Assembly (NCBI RefSeq): GCF_037042905.1
Contig: NC_087245.1
Coordinates: 18,416,001 to 18,480,000 of the forward strand
Source: Lytechinus pictus
Taxonomy: Eukaryota
DNA length: 64,000 nucleotides
Reading direction: 5' to 3'
Below the pieces are notes generated by a model, which saw nothing but the letters and a program-made list of their open reading frames with translations, did not search any database and was not told the DNA's origin. Below are positions 1 to 12,505 of this stretch, in pieces. A program made the position numbers and the translations under genes. Numbering within the stretch: position 1 is the first letter of the stretch; each line of letters opens with the position of its first letter.

Positions 1-63
1 GAGCCTTACGCACAACCTCGTCGAGAGACCTCTCGCAGGAATCGCTTCCAAGATATGCTTCAA
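1..63 (+). CDS. Internal exon (partial) of an unidentified gene: EPYAQPRRETSRRNRFQDMLQ
   Basis: GC-rich open frame ending at a CAA|GTGAGT donor, phase 0. Confidence 0.7.
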
Positions 64-485
64 GTGAGTTCATTTTATCATCTGAAGGCTAATTTCTTGG
101 TTTCCAAAATATTCATCACGTTCCTTTCTCATTCCATTTTAATAAATCGAATTGATATTTTCAAGGTTCTTATGTGATTGATGTCATATTATTAAAAACC
201 AACTTGTTAGGGTAGATTGCGCTTTGCACATTAGCACATTCGAAATAAATTTACATGTTTGTCAATTTATTTCAGTGATCAATATCGATTGAAGTAGATT
301 GAGGTTTTTCTGTATACACATTTACCAGCACTGGAAAATGTCAAGTTCTCAGTCAAATACCAATAGGGTGCTGTATTCTGTCAGAAGTTAAGTTTGTATA
401 TAAGCAAAATTTGTGTACAAGAAAACTATTGTAGTAATTATAACTTTTCTAAACTAACAAAACATTTTGTTTCATAAAAACTTAG

Positions 486-563
486 GATCGTCTTCCACGT
501 GGTCGGCGTAGCCGTAGAGATCATGAGGGACGCCATCACCAGCGTGATGATATGCCGGAAAGG
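486..563 (+). CDS. Exon of the unidentified gene: DRLPRGRRSRRDHEGRHHQRDDMPER
   Basis: CTTAG acceptor, AGG|GTATGT donor, 78 nt, phase 0-0, GC-rich. Confidence 0.72.
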
Positions 564-819
564 GTATGTCGTTATACTTTTTCTTTACTTTTTATATATG
601 TCCTCCAAAATATGGTTATACAGACAACTATCACAACCCTCATGTATATTTTTCATTACACACTTATCACTAATGGAAAGAGTCAATCAATTCTCTTTAA
701 TTTGTGATCAAGCATTATGAAGTGGATTGTTCATGCATGCCAAATAACGAATGTAACAAAGTATTTTGAATAAGCCTCTACAGATTAATGAAACAATGAA
801 TGAGGAATGGAAGGGATAG

Positions 820-1857
820 TTTTTGTCTCACCTGCATAGCAGAGTGAGACTATAGGCGCCGCTTTTCCGACGGCGGCGTCGTCAACATTGAAATCTTATT
901 AAACCAAGGTTAAGTTTTTGAAATGTCATCGTAACTTAAAAAGTATATATGGACCTAGTTCATGAAACTTGGACATTAGGGTAATCAAGTGTTACTTAAC
1001 ATGCTGCCTGAGATTCAGGTCACATGACCAAGGTCAAAGGTCATTTAGGGTCAATGAACTTAGACCATGTTGGGGGAATAAATATCGAAATCTTAACCAA
1101 GGTCAAAGCTTTTGAAATGTCATAACTTCATAAGTATATGGACCTAGTTCATAAAACTTACACATAAGGGTAATAGTGTATCACTGAATATCCTGCCTGA
1201 GTTTCACGTCACATGATTAAGGTCAAAGGTCACTTAGGGTCAACAAACTTTGGACATATTAGGGGTATTTGAGGAATTGTCATCATAACTTCGAAATTTT
1301 ATGGATCTAGTTCATGAAACTTGGACATAAGAGCAATCAATTATCCTTGAACATCTCGTGTGAATTTCAGGTCACATGATCAAGGTCAAAGGTCATTTAG
1401 GGTCAACAAACTTTGGTAATGTTGGGGGTATTTTTGGAATTGTCATCATAACTTTAAAAGTCTATGGATTTAGTTCATGAAACTTGGACATAAGAGCAGC
1501 AATGTGTCCCTGAATACCCTGTGTGTGTTTCAGGAACATGGCCAAGGTCAAAGGTCAATGAACTCTGGCCGTGTTGGGAGTATGAGTTGAATTGGCATCA
1601 TAACTTAGGAAGTTTATGGTACTTGCTTATGAAACATCGACATAAGGGTAATCAAATATGAATGATAGTTTTGCACAATCCTTAGGTCACATGATCATGG
1701 TCAAAGGTCATTTTGGGTCAATGGACATAATATTTTATTATCTTACTAATGTTTTCTTCTGTGAATAATTATTCATTAGCTGTTTTTCAAAGGAAGCACT
1801 GCTGCTATATCGAATCGCGTAATGCAGGCGAGACTGCCAGAGGCGTTCCACTTGTTT
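820..1857 (+). mobile_element. Non-autonomous Helentron/HINE (DINE-1-like) element with an internal ~150-190-bp tandem repeat array
   Basis: T-run start; subterminal IRs GTCTCACCTGCAT (825) and ATGCAGGCGAGAC (1822); 5' hairpin; (GGC)n/(GTC)n patch; five diverged tandem units; TT end. Confidence 0.75.
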
Positions 1858-1949
1858 CTTCTATGTATGGGGTCTGGTAATTCTCATTTTCATAGACATT
1901 TTCGTGATACATTTTATTTATATCTTTCATTTTCTCCTAATACATCTAG

Positions 1950-1994
1950 GTGGATGATATGAAGCAGAGGCTTTTTCGAGAATTCAATTACTAG
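1950..1994 (+). CDS. Terminal coding exon of the unidentified gene: VDDMKQRLFREFNY*
   Basis: Pyrimidine tract and TCTAG acceptor, phase 0, TAG stop; AATAAA at 2352. Confidence 0.65.
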   Translation: MDDMKQRLFREFNY

Positions 1995-2064
1995 ACGAAA
2001 ACCTAACAAGTGATTCAGGATGGAAGGCTAATTGCTCTTACATCATTCTCTAATTTTTGTCTTA

Positions 2065-3973
2065 CCTGAACGAAGTTCGGCAGAGACCTAGTGATCACTA
2101 TTCCTTGTTTATCTGTGGGTCTGTTGGTTTTTTTTTTTTGTTTAATGGAAATTCATTTATTTTACAATTATTTTATTATCCAAGAGATATCACAATCAAC
2201 AGGTTTTATTATTGTACATACATGTTTTCATCCCAGTTACAAAGGCTACGCACATTTTTTTTTATAATGGATTTATATCAAAATGAAATATATTGATTCC
2301 TTATTCTATATTTTGCATTCTACTGTAATCTCTTCTAATATACCCTTATGTAATAAATTTACTCTCTATACATTGGATATTCACATGTGTGTATTTGGTG
2401 GTGGAAAAAAATATTTTAAGAATTATATGATGTAGGAAATCAAACGCATGTAATGGGAAGTATTATAGTAGCATTCTTTTAAGAGAAATCTGTGTTTAAA
2501 GAGGCCTTGCATTGTGTATTTCATAGTCCCCATGAAATATTGCACTCAGGTCTAATTACATCAACTGGCCCAACAATATCTTGGGTTGTTTCTAATGTAT
2601 TCTAATGTAGTTGGTGGTTGGGATTTATAATATTACAGGTATAATGTGAAGTGAAGTTGTTATTGTACAGTGTACTTTATTAATGCATATATCATATGGC
2701 ACAAATCAAAGCAAAAAAAAAAAATTTGAGAGGGTAATGATGAAAGGGTAAATCGCTGTCATAAACCTTTATTTTGCAACAAAATGTCTTTAGCAACCAA
2801 TGTGAATGGTGAAGAGTAATTGCTAGAAAGAGGGGAAACAAATACTCCAATAGACATTTTTAGGAGTTGTGTTCAAGCATAATGATTTAATTTAGGCTAT
2901 GATTTCTTGAACAACAGCAATGAACTTAAGTTACATATTTTCAATTTATATATCAAGATTATCAAAGGAAAACTTGAGATACTTCATAAAACATTCAAAT
3001 TGGAATTCCATTCAAGGGCTTTTGCCTGAACGAAGTTCGGCAGAGACCTAATTGATCACTTTTCCTGATAATCTGTGGGTCTTTTTTTTTCTGTTTAATG
3101 GAAATTCATTTATTTTACATTTATTTTATTATCCAAGTGATATCACTATCAAAAGGTTTTATTATTGTACATGTGTTTTCATCCCAGTTAGATAGGCTAA
3201 GTACATTTTTTTATAATGGATTTATATCAAAATGAAATATATTGATTCCCTATTCTATATTTTGCATTCTACTGTAATCTCTTCTAATATACCCTTATGT
3301 AATAAATTTACTCTGTATACATTGGATATTACACGTATTTGGTGGTGGAAAAAATATTTTAAGAATTATATGATGTAGGAAATCAAACGCGTGTAATGGG
3401 ATGTGTTATAGTAGCATTCTTTTAAGAGAAATCTGTGTTTAAAGAGGCCTTGCATTGTGTATTTCATAGAGTCCCCATGAAATATTGCACACGGGTCTAA
3501 TTACATCAACTGGCCCAACAATTTCTTGGGTTGTTTCTAATGTATTCTAATGTAGTTGGTGGTTGGGATTTATAATATTACAGGTATAATGTGAAGTGAA
3601 GTTGTAATTGTACTTTATTAATGCATCTATCATATGGCACAAATTAAAGCCAAAAAAAGTATTTTTAGGGGGTAATGATGAAAGGGTAAATCGCTGTCAT
3701 AAACCTTTATTTTTCAACGAAATGTCTTTAGCAACCAATGTGAATGGTGAAGAGGAATTGCTAGGAACAGGGAAACAAATACTCCAATAGACATTTTTAG
3801 GAGTTGGGTTCAAGCATAATGATTTAATTTAGGCTATGATTTCTTGAACAACAGCAATGAACTTAAGTTACATATTTTCAATTTATATATATTATCAAAG
3901 GAAAACTTGAGATACTTCATAAAACATTCAAATTGGAATTCCATTCACTGTAGGTATAGATCAAGGGCTTTTG
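2065..3973. repeat. Tandem duplication of a ~950-bp unit (2065-3024 and 3025-3973)
   Basis: Both copies start CCTGAACGAAGTTCGGCAGAGACCTA and end TCAAGGGCTTTTG; high identity with scattered substitutions and indels. Confidence 0.95.
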
Positions 3974-4349
3974 AAGAGAGAAAGCATGTGTGTGAATGAC
4001 ATCTTTTTCTCCCCCTAATCATCAATTCTGATGGAAGCACATAAAATAACAGGTATAATATGATATACTTGCTCACTTGTGCAAACAAATGAATATTTTC
4101 TTAAGTCCATTTGTATTTTCTACTTAAACGTTGACTTCCTAAGTCAATAAACACACTTTTGGATACACTTATGGTGATGCGTATAATACTTTTTTTGTTT
4201 GATGCCTTAAATATTTCAGAAGAGAGCAAGAAGAAGTAGGGAGAGAGGAAAGACGTAGAACACTTTTGGGGTAAAAACAGATAGCAATAGAGATAATGGT
4301 CCAAAATATCCTTTCTCTTGCTTTTTCTTTTATGAGAGGGGAAGGATCC

Positions 4350-5252
4350 ATGGAGAGTGGTAAAAGAGTGATGAGGTAGGGATGGAGAGTGGTGAAAGAG
4401 TGATGAGGTAGGGATGGAGAGTGGTGAAAGAGTGATGAGGTAGGGATGGAGAGTGGTGAAAGAGTGATGAGGTAGGGATGGAGAGTGGTGAAAGAGTGAT
4501 GAGGTAGGGATGGAGAGTGGTGAAAGAGTGATGAGGTAGGGATGGAGAGTGGTGAAAGAGTGATGAGGTAGGGATGGAGAGTGGTGAAAGAGTGATGAGG
4601 TAGGGATGGAGAGTGGTGAAAGAGTGATGAGGTAGGGATGGAGAGTGGTGAAAGAGTGATGAGGTAGGGATGGAGAGTGGTGAAAGAGTGATGAGGTAGG
4701 GATGGAGAGTGGTGAAAGAGTGATGAGGTAGGGATGGAGAGTGGTGAAAGAGTGATGAGGTAGGGATGGAGAGTGGTGAAAGAGTGATGAGGTAGGGATG
4801 GAGAGTGGTGAAAGAGTGATGAGGTAGGGATGGAGAGTGGTGAAAGAGTGATGAGGTAGGGATGGAGAGTGGTGAAAGAGTGATGAGGTAGGGATGGAGA
4901 GTGGTGAAAGAGTGATGAGGTAGGGATGGAGAGTGGTAAAAGAGTGATGAGGTAGGGATGGAGAGTGGTGAAAGAGTGATGAGGTAGGGATGGAGAGTGG
5001 TGAAAGAGTGATGAGGTAGGGATGGAGAGTGGTGAAAGAGTGATGAGGTAGGGATGGAGAGTGGTGAAAGAGTGATGAGGTAGGGATGGAGAGTGGTGAA
5101 AGAGTGATGAGGTAGGGATGGAGAGTGGTGAAAGAGTGATGAGGTAGGGATGGAGAGTGGTGAAAGAGTGATGAGGTAGGGATGGAGAGTGGTGAAAGAG
5201 TGATGAGGTAGGGATGGAGAGTGGTGAAAGAGTGATGAGGTAGGGATGGAGA
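4350..5252. repeat. Minisatellite, 32-bp unit ATGGAGAGTGGTGAAAGAGTGATGAGGTAGGG, about 28 copies
   Basis: Near-perfect tandem array; one G-to-A variant in the first unit and at ~4938. Confidence 0.98.
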
Positions 5253-7428
5253 GAGCGAATAGAGGACTCTTGTGATACATCGGGACAATCAGTTTTTTGC
5301 TAAATATTGGACACAATATATTTTTTTTAATCATGAGCTACCCCCATGCCAATTTGTACAAACGATCGACAATGTTCTTGAGTTTCTGAAATATTCCTCA
5401 ACACCCTACAAATTGGTTAATATTGTTCATCTTGACTGTAATACATTCATTTTTTTTTTTAGAAAAAAAACCCCTGTAAAATTGCATATTTTTCAAACAA
5501 GGGGAATGACTCTGGTTGTCTCCCCTGAATACACAATTCAATTAGAGCAAAATTATTGACTGAGATTGAAATATATGAATTTTTAGTTGAATTTCTGACC
5601 TGAAATGACCTTTGACTTCCATCAAATTACCTGAAATTTTTTGTAACATATCGGTTGATACTGTACATGATACTTACAAGCTTCATGGAATATAAAAACA
5701 ATATTATATGAATCATTTTTCAAAAAAAAAAGGTTTGTTAAGACAAAACATCCAGTCTTTCGATAGTGTGTTAAAATCTTCCATACAAAGAATAGAAAAA
5801 TTCACAAAGAGAAGAGATCGAGTAAGTTGCACAAACAAGATATTTTATTGTTTTCTTGTTTCAATTTCCAATTGAAAACTGATATTTTTGTATATCCATA
5901 TGTTCATAAATAGTTCATTGACAGAAACAATACAAATTAACAAAAAAATATTTACATGTAAACCAACATTCACAATTACTTTGAAATTCTATGTAAAGAT
6001 ACAAGATTTTGTTTACACATGTACATTATAACGTGTTATAATCATATTCTTCCTATATATTATGTTTCAAAACTCTATAATAGAGCATCTTACATGATAC
6101 TCGAGACATTTTATTATACATGTTACACAATATATTCATATTCAAAACCAGTTACACATGTACCTACAAGGGGGTTTATAAATGGAATTTAATCGATCAG
6201 TTACCAAATATATGTGGATAATATCAATATTCTATTGAGTAAGTCTCGTAAATTCAAATTTTCTGTAATGAAAACGCATATCCATGATTCAAATTTAGCT
6301 TCAGACTTCAGCTACATATCTAAAAATTTTCTAGTATCTATTTTATCTCACAATTGTTCCAAATATTTGATTCCCATTTTAAGTGACAAAATTCATGCCC
6401 TGATTCAAGACATAAACATAGTTTCGATTTGAAAGAGTCTTCATGAAAGGAATTTCTAGGACTTTATAATACCACTTTATCACATCTAAAAAAGTAATTA
6501 AATTTCTGTTCAAGGCTTCTATTCCATATTTGATTCCTCAATCCATTTCCATGTATCGCTTAACCGACATGATTAGATATACATATATAAAGTGCAAGAT
6601 TATGGATGAGAGAGGGAAATATGATATCATTTTGAAAATAAACTTCATTCATGAAGCATGCCTACTAGGTTTAAATTACTATGATGTTTCATCTTGGCAC
6701 TTTTTTTTTCTATCATTTCAATTAACTTTTTTTTTCATTGTTGTCTAGACAAGTATATTGTGTCCTAGTCTATAAAGACCAATATGATGACTTTCCTAGC
6801 AAACTCTTAGCATGATTTTATGGTTGCTTGTATGCTTTTTATTTCTCAATTAACAGTTCCTCAAACATGAAATCATTATGTACAAAAAATATTAAATTTG
6901 AGAAGAAAGAACTGAATGATTACAACATAATCAAAATGTATATCAAAAGAAGCATAAACAATATATGTAAAACACAAGTAGAAAAGCTTATCAAAAGTAC
7001 ATGATTACAAAAAAAAGAACATATTGAAGAGCACTTTCATGAATGTCATGTGTATAAGAAATTCAACTAAACCCTCTTTTTTTTACTCCACATCTTATTC
7101 AAAATATTTTTCTTTAATAAATTGCACAAATTACCATTTCAATGTAGTACATCCTTTATAGGTGTACTATTTTTTTTTTTTTTAGGTGCCATTTCAAATA
7201 CACCTGACAGGTCTACTTTCAGCCAAGTTTGAAGCTTGAACTTTTGATTAGATGCAACGCTGAATAAATTTGTTCAGAGCAAAGTAATGCCTAGGTCACA
7301 TTTGGCTTATGGAGCTTTCAAAGTAGCTTCAAACTCAAAGAGAAATTCTGTTCAATTTGTGCACTTCGTAACACATCCTACCAACGTTAATTATAAGTTT
7401 TGTGGGTCGACCATTTTGTTTCGCTAAA

Positions 7429-7998
7429 GGCACCACACACCCTACATTTGGTCTGAGACCTGAATTTGGAATTAAACATAAAATTTTATTTGAATGCAGA
7501 GACATGAAACATCTTACTGAGTAAAGTTCTAAAACATCATACCAATACTTATGTTTAAATCTGGGACTAAGCTATCATCGTTATTATAAAAAAAGTGAAT
7601 TGAATATTTAGTTGTAATGACGTCATGGAAATTGTACGATTGGCCTCCATTGGAAATCGATTTGTCCTTTATTCCAAAAGAAAGGCTCACACAATTATCT
7701 AAAATTGTTATACTAGTATTTTTACAGTTAATTTGAACCAGGGGAGCGTTTCATGAAAGGACTTGTCAGACTTTTTATCCGACAAGTACTGTTTTATCCG
7801 ACAGTTACTATGGTAACAGTGACTCTTATCCAATCATTACCAAGGAAAGTTGTCAGACCTGACAACTTGTCGGACGAAAATGTTGATGAAACGCTCCCCT
7901 GAAATAAAGATATTTTTCATTCACATTTTCAGAAAATAAGCAAAATCAATGCATTTTTTTCCAAAATCGGATTGTGGACAAGTCGTAAGGTGTGTGTG
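7429..7998. mobile_element. Old MITE with degenerate TIRs, hosting a nested MITE
   Basis: CACACACCCTAC..TTTGGAA at the left; TTCCAAAA..GTAAGGTGTGTG at the right. Confidence 0.45.
7739..7901. mobile_element. MITE, 163 bp, TIR CAGGGGAGCGTTTCAT
   Basis: Perfect 16-bp TIRs; diverged relatives at ~39510-39681, ~40375-40521 and ~42978-43114. Confidence 0.85.
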
Positions 7999-8141
7999 AA
8001 GACAGCACAGGCCAAGAGTGAGAAGATAAAATTTAATCTACGTGAACCATGAATCCCAAGTGCAGGGAAGAACAAGGATTGATGAGTACAACCTCAAGTG
8101 AGATCCCAGGAAAACTGTTGTGTTAAAATGAAGTTTGTAAT

Positions 8142-8401
8142 CACTGGCAGATCCAGGGGGGGGGGGGCAAAGCCAGCCCATGCTCCCCCCTTTTAAGAGG
8201 CACAATTAAAATTTGTAATGTAGAAAACATAACTGTGCCCCCCCCCCCCCTATTTTTTAAGTGAAGACTTTTTTTTTTTGCTTGCCAAATTTTTTCGTGG
8301 ACAAAATATTTTTTTGTGGACAAAATACCATTCATTTGTTTGTCAAAATTTTCCTTGGCAAAAGGTGTCCCCCCTATCCAAAAAACCTGGATCTGCCCCT
8401 G
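8142..8401. mobile_element. hAT-like MITE with 8-bp TSD TTTGTAAT
   Basis: Ends CACTGGCAGATCCAGG and CCTGGATCTGCCCCTG; TTTGTAAT at 8134-8141 and 8402-8409. Confidence 0.8.
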
Positions 8402-11124
8402 TTTGTAATCACTATGAAAGAGGAAAACTGTAATTAATGCATGCTGTTGAGTACACTGGGGTTGATCAATCTCTCGTGATCCATGCGAATGAGGTTGACA
8501 TCACAATAAGGACGCAAGATTTTTTAAAGGATGTCATCGCCCCTTACAGGCATCACCACCAGTACAATTTTATGAAGTGTTAAATTTGATAGATATACTT
8601 TCAAAGAAATCTTTAAAAAGCCCATACATATTTCAAAGAAGGAATGACACTATTCCAACAAGGGCACTAGAGAGAAGCTGCCCTAATAGACCAGTTAGTA
8701 GTTCCACTCTACCATGATCAATAGATGGTCATTTGAACTCAATGAGATTAGCAAAATACCAACTTTAATGTCTTGATTATTAATACATGCTTTAATGGAA
8801 AGCGACAATGCGTCCATTAGCGACTGGTATTTAACAGTTGGCCAAGTACATTGTAATAGCAATATGTTAATGCATTCAAAGTTGAAGTGCAACAAATACT
8901 CTCATAAAGAGTTCATTGATGTGCTTTTCTAGTCACCTGGTCTATGCAATTTCTGCATCCTGCCATGTCAGGCATGCTTACATAATATCTTGCTTTTGAA
9001 TTTGCCGATCCTAACGAAAGAAAAGACAGGGCATTTGAATAGATATGCACATGAGGTTACTCCAAAATGGTCTATTGTGCAGTGACTGTACACTTGTTAG
9101 GGTAGACAAAAAGCCTCCAATTATTTAAAATGGAGATTCTGCCACCACTGCATGACCACCCTGTGGATGCAGCGTCTGAACACAAATCGTATGATCTCCG
9201 ACATATTTGAGGCTAAAATGACTACAGTGTAACTGCGCTGATGCTGCACAATATCTGTATGATCTCCAGACAGCCTCTGTACAGCCTAGGGTCCTTACAA
9301 AATATATGTATACAGATATTGTGCACATAAAACATCATAGACTGCATACATGTATGATGACCAAAAATTGTTGTTGAAATTGCATTTAAACTCATTATAT
9401 GGCACCCAACAGTCAAATGTGACCTAAGCATACTACAGAAAGGTAAAAGGCATATCCACATTCTGAGGTGCTGTAACTAAAGTATTTTAGCACACTTGAA
9501 AATGGACATGAAAATAACTTGCTAGATATCCAACATGATTTGTCGGTGAACTGCTGAATTCTGTAATTCTCATGCTAGCTTGTACAGGGACCAACCAGTT
9601 TGAGAAGGCAACAGGTTCATTTTAAATCACCATTTCATACCGCAGAGAGGGAGAGCGACTTGGTACGACAAAACTTTTGTTAGTATCTGCCACATGGCTT
9701 TACAGTAATGATTTAGTAAGGATATTCCCATGAAGTGGAGTTGGTGCACCTTGCAAAAGACTAAGTCCATCAAAAAGCGTGGTAATATCTGTAAAGATGC
9801 AGCATCATGCAACATACAGCGTGTACGTAATCAGGATTATCAATATGACTATAACTCCTTCTTCCAGACTATGGAAGAAAAAAAAAGAATCCGTCTTTCT
9901 TTTTTCAATCCTCTTTTAAAAATGAATAATTAACAAAAATATAAAGCACACATCGGTTATCTTACATTTGCCTAATAGCAATAAGATTGTGAGTTTTCTC
10001 ATCAACAGATGGAAAATTACATATACAATCCCACAAATAGGAAAGACTTCTTTGCAAATTCCCCCCCCCCCCCCTCCCCTTTATTAGCATGCAATATTGA
10101 GAGCTGTGCACCGAAAAATGATCTTACATGAGAGATCATTCCATAATGTTACTCTAAGATACAATCTGATTACAAACCAAAATTAAATATACTGTATTTA
10201 TATGTGATTTTGCTTTGTAATCGGATTGTATTTCTCTCACTTTTAAATTGACACGTTCAGCCTGTGCTGCTGGTCAATATTTCCATGTACATACCAATAA
10301 TGAATATCTATTCCCAATAATACTAAAAAAAATATATTTGAAGATAATTTTCAATGAAGCAGCACGGCTCTTGACTGCCCAAGGAAATTCTTTCTGAGGT
10401 CATCTTTCATTGTAAAATCTGACGACATGGACAGATAGGTATTTTTAGATGTTCCTTTGTCCCTTTTAGAGCATTGATAAATCCATTCTTGCTAATCTTG
10501 AAAGCCATGAAATGCATTTGAAAGTATAGTTTCAATGATGGTTTGATCTTGACAAGTTGATTGATACACAAAATCTCAAATCATCTTCATTTTGACTGTC
10601 TTTTAACACAATTTTCTATGGGATGACCATTGGATCTAGTTATAATTTCTGTATTTCTGAGGGGAAAGGGGGAACAAAGTCAATGATGCACATGAAGTTA
10701 GTTAAAATAGTAATGACAATCAGCATGCATTAACTTCCCACCCACTTTGCATTAATTTCCCTCCTACTTTGCATACATTTTTTGAACTGCCTTTGTAATG
10801 CAACTATGCTGCACTGTATGACTGCAATGTATGTTCCAATCTTAACAATTTGTTAGGTTTCTGTGATTTTAACGATAACACTTTAGCACATTGCCTTATG
10901 TTGTAAAAAAATACAATCAAATGTGCATTCATAGCTATGAAATTTCTCATGAATTATGTCTCATATTGGCCTGTGGCCTCAATAACAAATCATCCACTTG
11001 AGAAATTCTAAAAATCTATCAATACATTATGGAAAATTTAACTTGAGAGCATACATTATATGAATTATATACATGTACTAATGCACTGAATGGTATCCTG
11101 TTATTTTTTTACACTGGCTGTAGC

Positions 11125-11418
11125 TAATAATAATAATAATAATTGTTGTATATTTATGTTTCACAATATCTATAGGTATATACTCAACTGCTCATTACAA
11201 TGTTATTATTATTATTACCCCAGCTTTAACTGTGCTGGCTACAGGCGCTCAAGCATTCGAGGAAATTTTTCCCACCGGGTACCCATTCATCTCACCTGGG
11301 TTGAGTGCAGAACAATTTCGGTAGATTTCTTGCTGAAAGAATACATGCCATGGCTGGGAATCGAACCAACACCCCTCAGATTGAAAGACGAGAGTCATGA
11401 CCACTAGACCATGACGCC
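11125..11418 (-). mobile_element. tRNA-derived SINE
   Basis: Minus-strand A box TGGTCTAGTGG and B box GGTTCGATTCC; core ACCCAGGTGAGATGAATGGGTACC; (ATT)n tail; paralog at 38642-38933. Confidence 0.85.
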
Positions 11419-12339
11419 ACCACACATAAATGCCCTTCACATAATGCTAACAGAAAAAAAAAACCTCCACATATACATGTACGTGGCCCCATGACACGTA
11501 ACTTGTACAGTTGGCATATGTATTAATCGCATTCTCTACAAGTTGTCATTCATAGACATCTCCAATGACTAACTTTCTCATATTGCATCTTACACAATGA
11601 AGATCTGATATAAAGAATTCAATCTTTCTTTAATAAAGACCATCGAGGAAGCCTGAACAACAGAACACAGGCAAGAACAAGGAGAAAACAAGTATCATGT
11701 ATTTCCACTGGATTTCGGCTGAGTATATATTTCTTAATTTGCTAGCCTGGAAAAAAGGCTTTATAGAGCTTCTTAATGGCCTGACTTCTATGATGTCATC
11801 ATAGGTGAATCGAGTCAAGATTCACCCATGATGTGTTGGTATAAAAAAAAGTTTGAATACTGATTTTGTTTTCCAAATCATAAATTCTAAATTTCAAAAA
11901 CAATTTTCAAATTATTACTTCCTGAAACTGAGGAAACCAAAAGGTCTAGAGCATATATTGGGCCAATTTTCAATAGTCGCTTTGGCATAGCTTTCAACCT
12001 TTGGGTATGCATTCAAATTGCATGTAAACAGTGTTGGCAGAACAATTCACAAAAATGTGGTCTAAAACTTCTAGTATTCAGCACTGAATATTCTGTTTGA
12101 TATTTTTTCAAGTAGATTGTTTTTAAAAATTTCTCACCCGGCAAGCAAGAATTAATTGAGCTTTTCTGTATACCAATGTACATAACCACAAAATTTGTTC
12201 ACATACATGAATAACATGGCAATACAGAATACCAGTCAGTGAGAAGTGCAATAAAGCTTAATTTCAAGACTCGCATATTGATTATTTCTGAAGCAAATAC
12301 TAAGCTGGTATGGGGTAAAAACACATGACACAGGCATCT

Positions 12340-12505
12340 TTATAATAATGATTATCATTATTATTACTATCGTTATTATTAACATTATTACTAGTATTAT
12401 CATCATTATAATTACCAATAATACTATTCTATTACTATCATTATATCCATCCTTGTTATTATTAGTGCTATCATCATTGTCATTACTATTAGTATTATTA
12501 TTACA
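12340..12505. repeat. Degenerate (ATT/ATC)n trinucleotide microsatellite
   Basis: Direct inspection. Confidence 0.85.

Noticed and set aside
499..720. 73-aa ORF from the track
   Set aside because: Wrong frame over the real 486-563 exon and runs into intron
3608..3790. 60-aa ORF in duplicate copy 2
   Set aside because: The paralogous copy has a stop and indels; non-coding 3' flank
4101..5334. 395-aa and 334-aa His/Ser/Pro-rich ORFs
   Set aside because: Artefacts of the G-free strand of the 32-bp minisatellite, which lacks stop codons; no splice or homology support
11340..11418. tRNA gene (A and B boxes, TTC anticodon-like loop)
   Set aside because: Continues into a SINE core and tail and has a paralog at 38.9 kb; it is a SINE head, not a tRNA
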